Shown here piece after piece: positions 37,925 through 48,640 of a stretch of DNA of 64,000 nucleotides. Under the pieces are notes generated by a model. That model made no database searches, was not told the origin of the DNA, and saw nothing but the letters and a program-made list of their open reading frames with translations. The stretch's first letter is position 1. Each line of letters starts with the position of its first letter. The DNA comes from Pseudooceanicola sp. (GTDB lineage: Bacteria > Pseudomonadota > Alphaproteobacteria > Rhodobacterales > Rhodobacteraceae). The DNA lies in NCBI RefSeq assembly GCF_041987405.1, contig NZ_JBHIWR010000005.1, forward strand, positions 150,258-214,257. Reading direction: 5' to 3'. Position numbers and translations under genes: made by a program.

Positions 37925-40318
37925 ATGGCCGCTTCCGCGTCGACCGTTCCTGATCATACCCCCGGCATCCTGCGGCTGATGTCACCGCTGCACTGGCTGT
38001 CCAACATGCGACTGGCGGTGAAATTGCCGCTGATCATCTCGGCTCTGGGGGCGCTTGTCGCGACGGTCCTGTCCGTCTCCTCCTACTTGAATGCGGAGAA
38101 GATCCTGTCGGCGGAGATCGAGCAGAAGTTCACCTCGGCCCTGAAGTCCCGGACCACTCAGCTTGCCCAGGCGATGTATGCGACGGAAGAGGACCTGCTG
38201 ACCCAGGTCAACAACCCGACCACCCATCTTGCCTTGGGCAGTTTTTCCCTGGCGTGGCGCACCTTTGGCGAGGGGCAGACGCGCGAGTTGCAGTCCGCCT
38301 ACATCGAGGGCAATACCCACCCCGCCGATCAACGAGAGGCGTTGACAAACGCCGGGACGGGCAGCCAGTACGATGCCTTCCACGCGAAATTTCATCCCTA
38401 TTTCCGGCGGGTTCTGAAGGCACGGCATTACAATGACATTCTGCTGGTCGATCCCAATGGCAACGTGGTCTACAGCACCGCCAAGGGCCAGGATTTCGCG
38501 ACAAATCTGATCAGCGGCCCCTGGCGCGACACGCCGCTGGCCGCGATCTATCACCAGGCACGCGAGGCGCAGGCGGGAACGGCGGCATTCTCCGATTACC
38601 AGGCCTACGCCCCGAAAGACGGCGCCCCGGCCGCTTTCCTGGCCGCCACCGTGAAGGTCGGGGATGAGTTGCGGGGTGTGCTGATCTATCATCTGCGGAC
38701 AGGCGGGATCAACGCAGTGCTGAACGATGCTTCCGGTCTGGGCGACACCGGGGAAAGTTACGCGGTCAGCAGCGGTTATGAAATGCGCTCTGATAGCCGG
38801 TTCGAAGGCCGCCCTCCCATGTTGGGCAAGGTGACGGAAACCCCCTTCCTCGCCGCGGTTTTCGATGGTGCGCCGCCGTCGTTTACCTCGATCACTTCCG
38901 AAACGGGGAACCCGGCCCATGTGATGGCAGATCTGATCAAGTATCGCGATGTGACCTGGGCGGTCGTGATCACGCAGGCCGACAGCGAGTTGATGGCGCC
39001 GGTCATCAAACTGCGCAACAGTCTCGCGTTGCAGCTTGGCGCATTGGTTGGGGTCCTGCTGATCATTGGCTGGCTGGTCGGGCGGGGTATTGCGCGACCG
39101 ATCCAGCGGATCAACGAAAGCCTGCGCGGGGTAGCCGAGGGCGATCTGACCTCGCCGATCCCGATGACCGGGCGTCGTGAGGACGTGGGCGATCTGGCGC
39201 GGAACCTCGACAACCTGCGGGTCAAGCTGGGCGATGCAGAGGCTGACAGGTTGGTCGCCGATCAACGGGCCCGGGATCAGCAGGTGGTTGTTGAACATCT
39301 GACCGCCAGCATTCGGCATCTGGCCGATGGCGATCTGACCGCCCGGATCGACGTGGATTTCGCGGCCGATTACGAGACCCTGCGCACCGCTTATAACTCC
39401 GCGGTCGAGCAGTTGCACGATACGGTGTCTTCGCTGCTCAGCGCGGCGCAGGAAATCGACGGGAATGCGCGGGATGTGGAGAATGCCTCCAACGATCTGA
39501 GCCAGAAGGCCATCGAACAGGCCGCCAGCCTCGAAGAAACCGCGGCCGCGATCACCCAGCTTTCGGCCTCGGTCAAGTCAACTGCCGACTCCGCGGGGGA
39601 TGCGGATACGGTCATGAACCGGGCCAAGGCGGATGCGCAGGAAAGCGGCCAGGTCGTGACCCGCGCCATGGGGGCGATGGACAAGATCTCCTCCTCCTCG
39701 CAGAAGATCACCCAGGTGACCTCGGTGATCGAGGATCTGGCCTTCCAGACCAACCTCCTGGCGCTCAACGCGGGGGTCGAAGCCGCCCGGGCAGGCGAGG
39801 CCGGGCGCGGCTTTGCCGTGGTCGCCTCCGAAGTTCGGGCGCTGGCACAGAGGTCGTCTGAAGCCGCGAAGGAGATCAATTCGCTGATCCAGGAAAGCGC
39901 GGAGAACGTCGTCAGCGGGGTGGAGCTGGTGGAGCGGGCCGGCGCCTCCTTCGACAATCTGATCGGGGAGTTCGACAAGGTCTCCGTCTCCGTCTCCGTC
40001 TCTGCCATCGCTTCCGCCGCGCGGGAACAATCGGTCGGTATCCAGGAAATCAGCACCGCGGTCGATCAGCTCGACGGTGTCACGCAGAAGAACGCGGCCG
40101 TAGCGACGCAGGTCCATGGCACCGGCAAGGTCATGGTCAACGAGGCGGCGCGGCTGATGCAGGTCTCCTCCGCCTTCCGGGTGGACGGATCGAAACCGCC
40201 TGCCGCGGCGGTCCGCCCTCCGGTGACGGCTGGCGGCCAGACAAAGGTGCGGCAGTTGGCCAATGGTCCGATTGCCACCGCCGATGACATGTCGGACGAG
40301 TCCTGGTCGGAATTCTGA
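37925..40318 (+). CDS. Methyl-accepting chemotaxis protein (Cache-type sensor, HAMP, signalling domain); start uncertain (37916/37925/37979)
   Basis: Two TM segments, [20 protein letters not shown] with [44 protein letters not shown]. Confidence 0.93.
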   Translation: MAASASTVPDHTPGILRLMSPLHWLSNMRLAVKLPLIISALGALVATVLSVSSYLNAEKILSAEIEQKFTSALKSRTTQLAQAMYATEEDLLTQVNNPTTHLALGSFSLAWRTFGEGQTRELQSAYIEGNTHPADQREALTNAGTGSQYDAFHAKFHPYFRRVLKARHYNDILLVDPNGNVVYSTAKGQDFATNLISGPWRDTPLAAIYHQAREAQAGTAAFSDYQAYAPKDGAPAAFLAATVKVGDELRGVLIYHLRTGGINAVLNDASGLGDTGESYAVSSGYEMRSDSRFEGRPPMLGKVTETPFLAAVFDGAPPSFTSITSETGNPAHVMADLIKYRDVTWAVVITQADSELMAPVIKLRNSLALQLGALVGVLLIIGWLVGRGIARPIQRINESLRGVAEGDLTSPIPMTGRREDVGDLARNLDNLRVKLGDAEADRLVADQRARDQQVVVEHLTASIRHLADGDLTARIDVDFAADYETLRTAYNSAVEQLHDTVSSLLSAAQEIDGNARDVENASNDLSQKAIEQAASLEETAAAITQLSASVKSTADSAGDADTVMNRAKADAQESGQVVTRAMGAMDKISSSSQKITQVTSVIEDLAFQTNLLALNAGVEAARAGEAGRGFAVVASEVRALAQRSSEAAKEINSLIQESAENVVSGVELVERAGASFDNLIGEFDKVSVSVSVSAIASAAREQSVGIQEISTAVDQLDGVTQKNAAVATQVHGTGKVMVNEAARLMQVSSAFRVDGSKPPAAAVRPPVTAGGQTKVRQLANGPIATADDMSDESWSEF

Positions 40319-40425
40319 GGTTAAGGGGCTGAATCAGTGCGCTGAGGCCGAGGCACGGGCCTTGCCGCTTGATCGCTGCAGGGCCTCTCTGTAACACTCG
40401 GGGCATTCACTCAGGACGATAGACA

Positions 40426-41448
40426 GTGCCCCCATCAGACCGACGACCGCTCACCCTTCGCGATGTTTCCGAAGCCTCGGGGGTGTCAGAAATGACGGTC
40501 AGCCGGGTCTTGCGTAATCGCGGCGATGTCTCTGCCGCGACACGGGAAAAGGTGTTGGAGGCGGCGAAACGCCTGGGCTACGTGCCCAACAAGATCGCGG
40601 GCGCCCTGGCGAGCCAGCAGGTCAACCTGGTGGCGGTGATCATCCCTTCAGTCGCGAACATGGTCTTTCCGGAGGTGCTGGCGGGGATCAGCCGCGCGCT
40701 GGATGATACAGAGCTGCAGCCGGTTGTCGGGGTCACGGATTACTTGCCGGAGAAAGAGCAATCCGTGCTCTACGAAATGTTGTCCTGGCGGCCGTCGGGC
40801 GTGATCATCGCCGGGCTGGAGCATACGGATGCCTCGCGCGCCATGCTGGCCGCCGCAGGTATTCCTGTGGTCGAGATCATGGATACGGACGGCGACCCTG
40901 TCGATGCGGCCGTGGGAATTTCGCATCGGCGCGCCGGGCGGGAAATGGGCAAGGCGATCCTGGATGCCGGGTATCGCAAGATCGGCTACATGGGCACGAA
41001 ACTGGGCCTGGACCGCCGCGCGCGCAAAAGGTTCGAAGGCTTCACCGAAGCGCTCGCCAAGGGCGGGGTGGAGATCGCGGATCAGGAGTTCTATTCCGAC
41101 GGCTCGGCGCTCGCCAAGGGGCGCGAGATGACCAAGAACATGATGGAACGCTCGCCCGACCTGGATTTTCTGTACTATTCCAACGACATGATCGGTGCGG
41201 GCGGCCTGCTCTGGCTGACCGAGATGGGCTATGACGTGCCCGGAACGGTCGGCTGCGCGGGGTTCAACGACGTGCAACTGCTACAGGGTCTGCCGCGCAA
41301 GCTGGCCACGATGGACAGCTGCCGCCGCGAGATCGGCAGCCGGGCGGCGGAGATCATCCTGGCCCGGCTGGCGGGGGAGCAGGCGCCCACTGGCAAGGTG
41401 GAACTGACCCCGACGATCAATCCCGGCGACACGCTGCGCCAGCGGTAA
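40426..41448 (+). CDS. LacI family transcriptional regulator
   Basis: TLRDVSEASGVSEMTVSRVLR HTH, LGYVPN..A..L, C-terminal sugar-binding domain. Confidence 0.92.
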   Translation: MPPSDRRPLTLRDVSEASGVSEMTVSRVLRNRGDVSAATREKVLEAAKRLGYVPNKIAGALASQQVNLVAVIIPSVANMVFPEVLAGISRALDDTELQPVVGVTDYLPEKEQSVLYEMLSWRPSGVIIAGLEHTDASRAMLAAAGIPVVEIMDTDGDPVDAAVGISHRRAGREMGKAILDAGYRKIGYMGTKLGLDRRARKRFEGFTEALAKGGVEIADQEFYSDGSALAKGREMTKNMMERSPDLDFLYYSNDMIGAGGLLWLTEMGYDVPGTVGCAGFNDVQLLQGLPRKLATMDSCRREIGSRAAEIILARLAGEQAPTGKVELTPTINPGDTLRQR

Positions 41449-41451
41449 CCC

Positions 41452-42654
41452 ATGGCGCGGCCGGTGCTCGACAATCGTGCCGCGCGACGGCTGTTCCTAC
41501 ATCGCCACCTGTTGGGCGACGCGCCTAAGGGCCCGGGCAAGGGGACGGACCTGTTGGGCGTGATCCGGGACCTCGGCTTTGTCCAGGTGGACAGCGTGAA
41601 CACGCTGGAACGCGCCCACCACATGATCCTGTTTGCCCGGCGTCCGGCCTATCGGCCCGCTGCCCTGCACCGGCTGATCGAAAAGGACCGGGTGCTTTTC
41701 GAACACTGGACGCATGATGCCTCCGTCATCCCGACGGAGTTCTACCGCTACTGGCACCTGCCTTTCGACCGGGCGCGGGCCCGGCTGACGGAGCGGTGGA
41801 AGGACTGGCAGGGCGCGGCTTATCTGGGTGAGCTGGACCGGGTGCTGACCCATGTGGCGGATCACGGGCCGGTCCGGTCGTCCGACCTGATCGCGGAGGA
41901 GCACAGGGGCCAGTCGGGCGGCTGGTGGAACTGGCATCCCTCCAAGGCGGCTTTGGAGTACCTATGGCGGACCGGGGCGCTGGTGATTTCGGGGCGGCGC
42001 GGGTTTCAGAAGCTCTATGACCTGCCGGAGCGGGCCTATCCCCTGCCCTGCGCGGAGGCCCGGCCGGAGCCGGAGGAGGCGGTGGAGTGGTTCTGCCAGG
42101 CGGCGATGGCGCGGCTTGGCTTTGCCACCAGCGGCGAGATCGCGGCCTTCTGGGATCACGTCACCCCGGCGGAGGCCAAGGCCTGGGTCGCGCGGGGGCT
42201 GGCGGCGGGCGCGTTGCAGGAGATTGACGTGCTGGGCCATGACGGGAAGGCCCGACGCTGCGTCGCGCGCCCCGGCGTGGTGGAGGAGGCCGCGGCGCTG
42301 CCCGAAGCCCCGGCGCGCGTGCGGGTCTTGTCGCCCTTCGATCCGGCCCTGCGCGACCGCAAACGGGCGGAGCGGCTGTTCGGGTTCTTCTACCGGATCG
42401 AGATATTTGTTCCGGCGGAGAAGCGGCAATACGGCTATTACGTCTTCCCCCTGCTGGAGGGGGAGCGGCTGATCGGGCGGATCGACATGAAGGCAGATCG
42501 CGAGGCCGGGGTGCTGGAGGTCAGCAAGCTGTGGCTGGAGCCGGGGGTGCGGCCTGCCAAGGGACGGCTGGCCAGGCTGGAGGCGGAGCTGGAGCGGATG
42601 GCGCGGCTGGCAGATGTCGGCGCGGTGCGGATCGCGCCGGACTGGGTGCAATAG
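41452..42654 (+). CDS. YcaQ/HTH_42 family winged-helix protein (putative crosslink-repair glycosylase)
   Basis: VQVDSVNTLERAHHMIL, FEHWTHDAS, LSPFDP, YRIEIFVPAEKRQYGYYVFP. Confidence 0.85.
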   Translation: MARPVLDNRAARRLFLHRHLLGDAPKGPGKGTDLLGVIRDLGFVQVDSVNTLERAHHMILFARRPAYRPAALHRLIEKDRVLFEHWTHDASVIPTEFYRYWHLPFDRARARLTERWKDWQGAAYLGELDRVLTHVADHGPVRSSDLIAEEHRGQSGGWWNWHPSKAALEYLWRTGALVISGRRGFQKLYDLPERAYPLPCAEARPEPEEAVEWFCQAAMARLGFATSGEIAAFWDHVTPAEAKAWVARGLAAGALQEIDVLGHDGKARRCVARPGVVEEAAALPEAPARVRVLSPFDPALRDRKRAERLFGFFYRIEIFVPAEKRQYGYYVFPLLEGERLIGRIDMKADREAGVLEVSKLWLEPGVRPAKGRLARLEAELERMARLADVGAVRIAPDWVQ

Positions 42655-42670
42655 ACGCCCGCCATGACAT

Positions 42671-42741
42671 GAGGGGCGCTGCCCCTCACACTCCCCGGGA
42701 TATTTCCGGCAAAAAGAAAGAGGGGCCGCATGGGCCCCTCT
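42671..42741. repeat. Hairpin, AT-tailed repeat and hairpin; probable cox operon terminator on the minus strand
   Basis: TGAGGGGC-GCT-GCCCCTCA, then GGGATATTTCCGGCAAAAAGAAAG, then GAGGGGCC-GCATG-GGCCCCTC; on minus the last hairpin is followed by TTTCTTTTT. Confidence 0.65.
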
Positions 42742-42763
42742 CGCACTGGTCTTCCGGAGTGGT

Positions 42764-43552
42764 TTACTGGCAGCCCGCGACGGCGCGGCCGGTGAGCACC
42801 TTGGTCAGATGCGCGCGGTACTCCGCACTGCCGTGCAGGTCGGAGATCATGTCGTCGGACGGCACGCTCAGCCCCGAAATGGCATCGGCGGAGAAGGTGC
42901 CCGCCAACGCCTCTTCGGCCTCTTTCCAGCGGAAGACACCGTCGTTGGAGGCCCCGGTCACGCCCACGCCGACACGGTCGCCGTATTTCGCTACGAAGAC
43001 CCCGGTGAGGGGGAAGCGGGACGCGGGCTGTTCGAACTTGATGTAGCAGGCCGCCTCGGGGATCGGGAACCTGACCGCGGTGACGATCTCGCCCTCGTCC
43101 AGCGCGGTGGCGAACATCCCCTGGAAATAGTCGTCCGCCGCGATTTCACGCGTGTTGGTGACGATGGTCGCCTGACAGGCCATGGCCGCCGCCGGGTAGC
43201 AGGCGGAGGGGTCGTTGTTGGCCAGCGAACCGCCGATCGTACCCCGGTTGCGGACCGCCGGGTCGCCGATCCTCGATGCCAGATAGGCAAGCGCCGGGAA
43301 GGAGGAGGCTGCCTCCTTCATGACGGTGGCATGGTTGGTCGCGCCCTTGATGGTGAGCGTGCCACCCTCGGCGGAGACACCGACCAGATCGGCGATGCCA
43401 AGCAGGCTGACCAGCGTGCCGGGCTGGTTCAGGCGCTGTTTCATCGTGGGGATCAGGGTCTGACCGCCCGCCAGTGCCTGGGCATCCTCATTGGCGAGGG
43501 CCTTGACGGCCTCGTCCAGGGTCGAGGGTTTGACGAATTCGAAATTATACAT
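42764..43552 (-). CDS. coxM: Molybdenum hydroxylase FAD subunit (CoxM-like)
   Basis: ALAGGQTLIP, IGDPAVRNRGTIGGS, SDLHGSAEYR. Confidence 0.88.
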   Translation of the reverse strand: MYNFEFVKPSTLDEAVKALANEDAQALAGGQTLIPTMKQRLNQPGTLVSLLGIADLVGVSAEGGTLTIKGATNHATVMKEAASSFPALAYLASRIGDPAVRNRGTIGGSLANNDPSACYPAAAMACQATIVTNTREIAADDYFQGMFATALDEGEIVTAVRFPIPEAACYIKFEQPASRFPLTGVFVAKYGDRVGVGVTGASNDGVFRWKEAEEALAGTFSADAISGLSVPSDDMISDLHGSAEYRAHLTKVLTGRAVAGCQ

Positions 43553-43600
43553 CTTTTCAACTTCCTATTGGGGTGCGCCGCCCTTTCGGGGCAGCGTAAA

Positions 43601-45967
43601 TCATTTGTTCATGGCGGACCAGACACGGGACGGCGACAGCGGCATGTCGATATGCGCAATGTCATGGCCGTTCCGGTTCAGCGCATCCAGCACCGCATTG
43701 ACCAGCGCCGGCGGCGAGCCGATCGCCCCGGCCTCGCCACAGCCCTTCACGCCAAGCGGGTTGTGCGTGCAGGGGGTCTGGCAGGAGTGGTCGACCGTGA
43801 TCATCGGCAGATCGGACGCGCGCGGCATGGCGTAATCCATGTAGGAGGCCGAGAGGAGCTGACCGTCGTCGTTGTAGACGCAGCTTTCCAACATGGCCTG
43901 ACCGATCCCCTGACCGACGCCGCCATGGACCTGGCCCTCGACGATCATCGGGTTCACCACATTGCCGAAGTCATCGGCGGCGGTGAATCTCAGGACCTCG
44001 ACCTTGCCGGTGCCCTCGTCGACCTCGACCTCGCAGACATAGGTGCCGGCGGGATAGGTGAAGTTGGCCGGGTCGTAGAAGGCCGTCTCCTCCAGCCCCG
44101 GTTCGATCTGGTCGAGCGGGTAGTTGTGCGGCACATAGGCGGCCAGGGTCACATCGCCCCAGGCGAGGGATTTGTCGGTGCCTGCGACAGTGAATTGCCC
44201 GTCCTTCAGCTCGATGTCCGACTCGGAGGCTTCCATGATATGGGCCGCGATCTTCTTGGCCTTGTTGATGATCTTTTCCGTCGCCCGGAACATGGCAGAG
44301 CCGCCGACGGCGAGGGAACGCGACCCGTAGGTGCCCATACCCATGGGGGTGTTGGCGGTGTCGCCGTGGACGATTTCCACCTGATCCGCGCTGATCCCGA
44401 TCATGTCGGCGATCACCTGCGGGAAGGTGGTTTCATGCCCCTGCCCGTGGGAGTGTGAGCCGGTCATGACCACGATGCCGCCGGTCGCATTGACCCGCAC
44501 GGTCGCGGATTCGTAGAGGCCCGCGCGGGCGCCCAACTGGCCGACGAGGTTGGAGGGCGCGATGCCGCAGGCCTCGATATAGTTGGCGATGCCGAGGCCG
44601 CGGAGCTTGCCGTTCTTCTTCGATTCGGCCGCGCGGGCTTCGAACCCGTCCACGTCGGCCAGCTCCAGCGCCTTGTCCATCGTGGCGTCGTAGTTGCCGG
44701 TGTCGTATTCCACCGCGACCGGGGTCGCATAGGGGAACTGGTCGGGCTTGATGAAGTTCTGGCGGCGCAGTTCCACCGGGCTGACCTTGAGCTCGCGGGC
44801 CGCCTGGTCGATCAGGCGTTCCAGCTGAAAGGTCGCCTCGGGTCGGCCTGCACCGCGATAGGCATCGACCGGCACGGTGTTGGTGAAGACGGCCTTCACG
44901 TTCACGTAGATCACCGGCGTCTTGTAGTTGCCGGCCATCAGCGTGCCATGCAGCCAGGTCGGAACCGAAGGCGCGAAGGTCGAGAGATAGGCCCCCATGT
45001 TCGCGTAGGTCTCCGTCCGGATCGCGGTGAAGTTGTTGTCGCCGTCCAGCGCCAGTTCGATCTTGGTCACGTGGTCGCGGCCATGGGCGTCGGACATGAA
45101 GGCCTCGGACCGGGTGGAGGTCCATTTGACCGGGCGCTTCAGCTGTTTGGCCGCGAAGGTGCAGAAGGCTTCTTCGGCATAGTGGAAGATCTTCGTGCCA
45201 AAGCCGCCGCCCACGTCCGGGGCCACGACGCGCAGCTTGTGTTCCGGAATGCCCAGGACGAAGGCGCCCATGAGCAGGCGGATGACATGCGGGTTCTGCG
45301 AGGTGGTGTAGAGCGTGCTCTCGTCGTTGTGGGCCGAATAATCGCCCACGGCCACGCGCGGTTCCATCGGGTTGGCGACGAGGCGGTTGTTCACCAGTTC
45401 CAGCGTGGTGACATGGGCGGCGTTGGAGAAAGCCTCGTCCACGGCGGCCTTGTTTTCCTCTACGAAGCCCCAGTCGTAGCAGAGGTTGGAGGTCAGGTCG
45501 TCATGCACCTTGGTGCTGCTGTCGGACACGGCCTTCTTCATGTCGATGACGGCCGGAAGCTCGGTCAGGTCCAGCTCGATCGCCTCGGCGGCGTCGCGGG
45601 CCTGTTCCAGCGTTTCCGCTACGACCCCGGCGATGATCTCGCCGACATGGCGGATCTTGCCCTCGGCCAGGATCGGGTGCTTCGGCTCCTGCATGGGTTG
45701 GCCGTGCTTGTCCGTCACCTGCCAGCCGCAGGGCAGGCCGCCGATGGCTTCGAAATCCTTGGCGGTGAAGATGCGGACGACGCCGGGCATGCCCTCGGCC
45801 GATGTGGTTTCGATGCCGTTGATCGTCGCGTGGGCCACGTCGGAGCGCAGGAAATGCACGTGGAACTGGCCGTTGAGATTGATGTCATCCGTGTACCGAC
45901 CGGTACCGGTCAGGAAACGCAGGTCTTCGCGCCGCTTTGTGCTGGCGCCGATGCCGTCTTTGGGCAT
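43601..45967 (-). CDS. coxL: Molybdenum hydroxylase large subunit, form II CoxL-like
   Basis: VGGGFGTK, AYRGAGRPE (form II signature), HGQGHET, GSRS, KGCGEAG. Confidence 0.9.
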   Translation of the reverse strand: MPKDGIGASTKRREDLRFLTGTGRYTDDINLNGQFHVHFLRSDVAHATINGIETTSAEGMPGVVRIFTAKDFEAIGGLPCGWQVTDKHGQPMQEPKHPILAEGKIRHVGEIIAGVVAETLEQARDAAEAIELDLTELPAVIDMKKAVSDSSTKVHDDLTSNLCYDWGFVEENKAAVDEAFSNAAHVTTLELVNNRLVANPMEPRVAVGDYSAHNDESTLYTTSQNPHVIRLLMGAFVLGIPEHKLRVVAPDVGGGFGTKIFHYAEEAFCTFAAKQLKRPVKWTSTRSEAFMSDAHGRDHVTKIELALDGDNNFTAIRTETYANMGAYLSTFAPSVPTWLHGTLMAGNYKTPVIYVNVKAVFTNTVPVDAYRGAGRPEATFQLERLIDQAARELKVSPVELRRQNFIKPDQFPYATPVAVEYDTGNYDATMDKALELADVDGFEARAAESKKNGKLRGLGIANYIEACGIAPSNLVGQLGARAGLYESATVRVNATGGIVVMTGSHSHGQGHETTFPQVIADMIGISADQVEIVHGDTANTPMGMGTYGSRSLAVGGSAMFRATEKIINKAKKIAAHIMEASESDIELKDGQFTVAGTDKSLAWGDVTLAAYVPHNYPLDQIEPGLEETAFYDPANFTYPAGTYVCEVEVDEGTGKVEVLRFTAADDFGNVVNPMIVEGQVHGGVGQGIGQAMLESCVYNDDGQLLSASYMDYAMPRASDLPMITVDHSCQTPCTHNPLGVKGCGEAGAIGSPPALVNAVLDALNRNGHDIAHIDMPLSPSRVWSAMNK

Positions 45968-46057
45968 GGTATCCTCCCTTGGGTGAGGGTGTCCTCCTCC
46001 GACACCCGTCTCGTCTCGCGGCGCACCGCTGCGCCGGGATGATGCGCTTTGGGTCGC

Positions 46058-46540
46058 TTATTCGGCGGCGACCGCCGGGACCTCTTGCCCGGAGGCTGCC
46101 AGCACGGCCTTGACGATATTGTGGTAGCCCGTGCAGCGGCAGATATTGCCTTCGAGGTGATGGCGGATCTCGGCCTCGGTCGGCTTGGGGTTCTGTTCCA
46201 GAAGCGACGTCGCCGCCATCACCATGCCGGGAGTACAGAAACCGCACTGAAGCCCGTGATGGTCCTGGAAGGCCTGCTGCACTTTGGACAGGGTGCCGTC
46301 GGCATTGGCCATGCCTTCGATCGTGGCGACCGTGGCGCCGTCGGCCTCGGCCGCGAACATGGTGCAGGATTTGATCTGCTTGCCGTCGACATGGACCGTG
46401 CAGGCGCCGCACTGGCTGGTGTCACAGCCGATGTGGGTGCCGGTCAGGCCCAATTCCTCGCGCAGGAAAGTCGACAGGAGCGTGCGCCCCTCGGCCTCTC
46501 CGGACATTGTCTTGCCGTTGACCGTCATTGAAATTTTCAT
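46058..46540 (-). CDS. coxS: 2Fe-2S small subunit (CoxS-like)
   Basis: [15 protein letters not shown]; [14 protein letters not shown]. Confidence 0.92.
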   Translation of the reverse strand: MKISMTVNGKTMSGEAEGRTLLSTFLREELGLTGTHIGCDTSQCGACTVHVDGKQIKSCTMFAAEADGATVATIEGMANADGTLSKVQQAFQDHHGLQCGFCTPGMVMAATSLLEQNPKPTEAEIRHHLEGNICRCTGYHNIVKAVLAASGQEVPAVAAE

Positions 46541-46581
46541 GTGTTCCTCCCGATGCTTGCTTTTGTCTGCTGGCGGATGGG

Positions 46582-47097
46582 TCAGCTTGTCAGGCGCTTG
46601 AACCAGCCCTTCTTGGGCTGATCGCCCGGCCCTTCCTCTGCCGCCTCTTCGTCCTTCGGACCTTCGACGGCATTTGCGAAATTCTCAAAAAACTGGTCCG
46701 CCATCTTCTTGGCGAAACCGTCGATGATGCGGCTGCCGAGCTGGGCAAGCTTGCCGCCGACCTTGGCCTCGACCTCGTAGTGCAGGCGCGTGCCGCCCTC
46801 AATCTCTTCCAGTCTGACGTCCGCGCCGCCCTTGGCAAACCCGGCCGCGCCGCCCTTGCCTTCCCCGGCGAGGGTCAGGCTTTCGGGTTCGTTCATGTTG
46901 GTCAGGGTGACATCGCCCTTGAAGGTGGCTTTCACCGGGCCGACCTTCTGAACCACGGTGGCCTGGAACCCCTCTTCGGGGGTGCCGGTCAACTCCTGAC
47001 ATCCGGGGACGCATTGTTTCAGCACCTCGGGCGAAAGCAATGCCGCATAGACGGTTTCCCGATCCGCAGAGATGTCGCGTGAATCAGTCAGTTGCAT
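46582..47097 (-). CDS. coxG: CoxG family protein
   Basis: [35 protein letters not shown]; GGGAG RBS before ATG 47097. Confidence 0.88.
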   Translation of the reverse strand: MQLTDSRDISADRETVYAALLSPEVLKQCVPGCQELTGTPEEGFQATVVQKVGPVKATFKGDVTLTNMNEPESLTLAGEGKGGAAGFAKGGADVRLEEIEGGTRLHYEVEAKVGGKLAQLGSRIIDGFAKKMADQFFENFANAVEGPKDEEAAEEGPGDQPKKGWFKRLTS

Positions 47098-47176
47098 TTG
47101 ATGTCTCCCTTTCGAGGGAGAGTAACGCCTCGCGCTTGGGCTGCAAATGGAAAGCACCACGGAATGTCGGCCCGAT

Positions 47177-47196
47177 CTGTCTCAAGGCTGAGACAG
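47177..47196. promoter_or_regulatory. Perfect inverted repeat in the coxG/serC divergent region, possible operator
   Basis: CTGTCTCA-AGGC-TGAGACAG. Confidence 0.4.
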
Positions 47197-47327
47197 GTCA
47201 TCGGTCGGCGGCCGGGCGCCAGTAGTTCCCGACAGGAGAGGCAAACGGTCCTACGACACGGAATGCGACCAAAAAGCTTGCGAAACCGCCATCTCCTTCA
47301 TTGCGCCTTCATGGAATCACCCGTATA

Positions 47328-47384
47328 TCCGGCAGCGGGACACCCCTCCCCAACGAGGGGCGTATGACTGGAAGGTTACTACCA
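47328..47384 (+). ncRNA. Probable serC leader RNA element
   Basis: Nested stems TCCGG/CTGGA and ACACCCCT/AGGGGCGT immediately before the serC ATG; a serC 5' element is known in alphaproteobacteria, but no covariance match was run. Confidence 0.5.
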
Positions 47385-48539
47385 ATGGCGAACAACGCAC
47401 CGGCATCGCGGCCGGCCAATCCGCGATTCTCCTCTGGCCCCTGTGCCAAAATCCCCACTTTTGAATTGACCAAACTCTCCGACGCCGCTCTGGGCCGGTC
47501 GCACCGCGCCGCCATCGGCAAAGAGAAGCTGAAGACCGCGATCGAAGAGACACGCGAGATCCTGGGCATCCCCTCCGAGTACAAAATCGGCATCGTGCCC
47601 GCGTCGGATACCGGCGCCGTGGAAATGGCGATGTGGTCGATGCTGGGTGCCCGCAAGGCGACGATGCTGGCCTGGGAAAGCTTCGGGTCGGGCTGGGTCA
47701 CCGATGTGGTGAAGCAGCTGAAGATCGACGCCGAGGTGAAAGAAGCCGGATATGGCGAGATCGTCGATTTCGCGGAGGTCGATTTCAACACCGATGTCGT
47801 CTTCACTTGGAACGGCACGACCTCCGGTGTGCGGGTGCCGAACGGCGATGCGATCCCCGCGGATCGTGAGGGGCTGACCATCTGCGACGCGACCTCTGCC
47901 GCGTTTGCGCAGGATCTGCCGTGGGACAAGCTGGATGTCGTGACCTTCTCCTGGCAGAAGGTGATGGGCGGCGAAGCGGCGCATGGGATGCTGATCCTGT
48001 CCCCGCGCGCGGTGGAACGACTGGAGGCCTACACCCCCGCCTGGCCGCTGCCGAAGATCTTTCGCATGACCAAGGGCGGCAAGCTGATCGAGGGCATTTT
48101 CAAGGGTGAAACGATCAACACGCCGTCGATGCTGGCGGTCGAGGATTACTTGGTGGCGCTGGATTGGGCGCGGTCCGTCGGTGGCCTGAAGGGTCTGATG
48201 GCGCGGGCGGATGCCAATGCCAAGGTGATCTGGGATTTCTGCGAGGCCAACGGCTGGATCGCCAACCTCGCCGTAGATCCGGCGACGCGGTCGAATACCT
48301 CCGTCTGTCTGAAATTCACGGACGACCGGATAAAGGATGGTGCCACCTTTGCCAAGGCCGTGGCCAAGCGGCTGGAGAAGGAAGGCGTGGCGCTGGACAT
48401 CGGGGCCTATCGGGATGCCCCCGCCGGTCTGCGGATCTGGTGCGGCGCGACAGTCGAGACCTCGGATCTTGAGGCGTTGATGCCCTGGCTGGCTTGGGCG
48501 TTCGAGGCCGAGATCGAGGCGCAGTCCGAGACCGCGTAG
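47385..48539 (+). CDS. serC: Phosphoserine aminotransferase
   Basis: [40 protein letters not shown]-Lys, NTPSML. Confidence 0.95.
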   Translation: MANNAPASRPANPRFSSGPCAKIPTFELTKLSDAALGRSHRAAIGKEKLKTAIEETREILGIPSEYKIGIVPASDTGAVEMAMWSMLGARKATMLAWESFGSGWVTDVVKQLKIDAEVKEAGYGEIVDFAEVDFNTDVVFTWNGTTSGVRVPNGDAIPADREGLTICDATSAAFAQDLPWDKLDVVTFSWQKVMGGEAAHGMLILSPRAVERLEAYTPAWPLPKIFRMTKGGKLIEGIFKGETINTPSMLAVEDYLVALDWARSVGGLKGLMARADANAKVIWDFCEANGWIANLAVDPATRSNTSVCLKFTDDRIKDGATFAKAVAKRLEKEGVALDIGAYRDAPAGLRIWCGATVETSDLEALMPWLAWAFEAEIEAQSETA

Positions 48540-48542
48540 CAC

Positions 48543-48613
48543 AGATGGGTGCAGAGCACCCATCCTACGCCCCCCTTATCCAAACTCGTAGGATGGGTGC
48601 TCTGCACCCATCT
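48543..48613. repeat. GTAG-family REP doublet (REPIN-like)
   Basis: Two identical 27-bp copies of CGTAGGATGGGTGCTCTGCACCCATCT in inverted orientation (48543-48569 minus, 48587-48613 plus), 17-bp spacer. Confidence 0.9.
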
Positions 48614-48640
48614 TCCCCACCCCATCCAAGGAGCGCCAAA

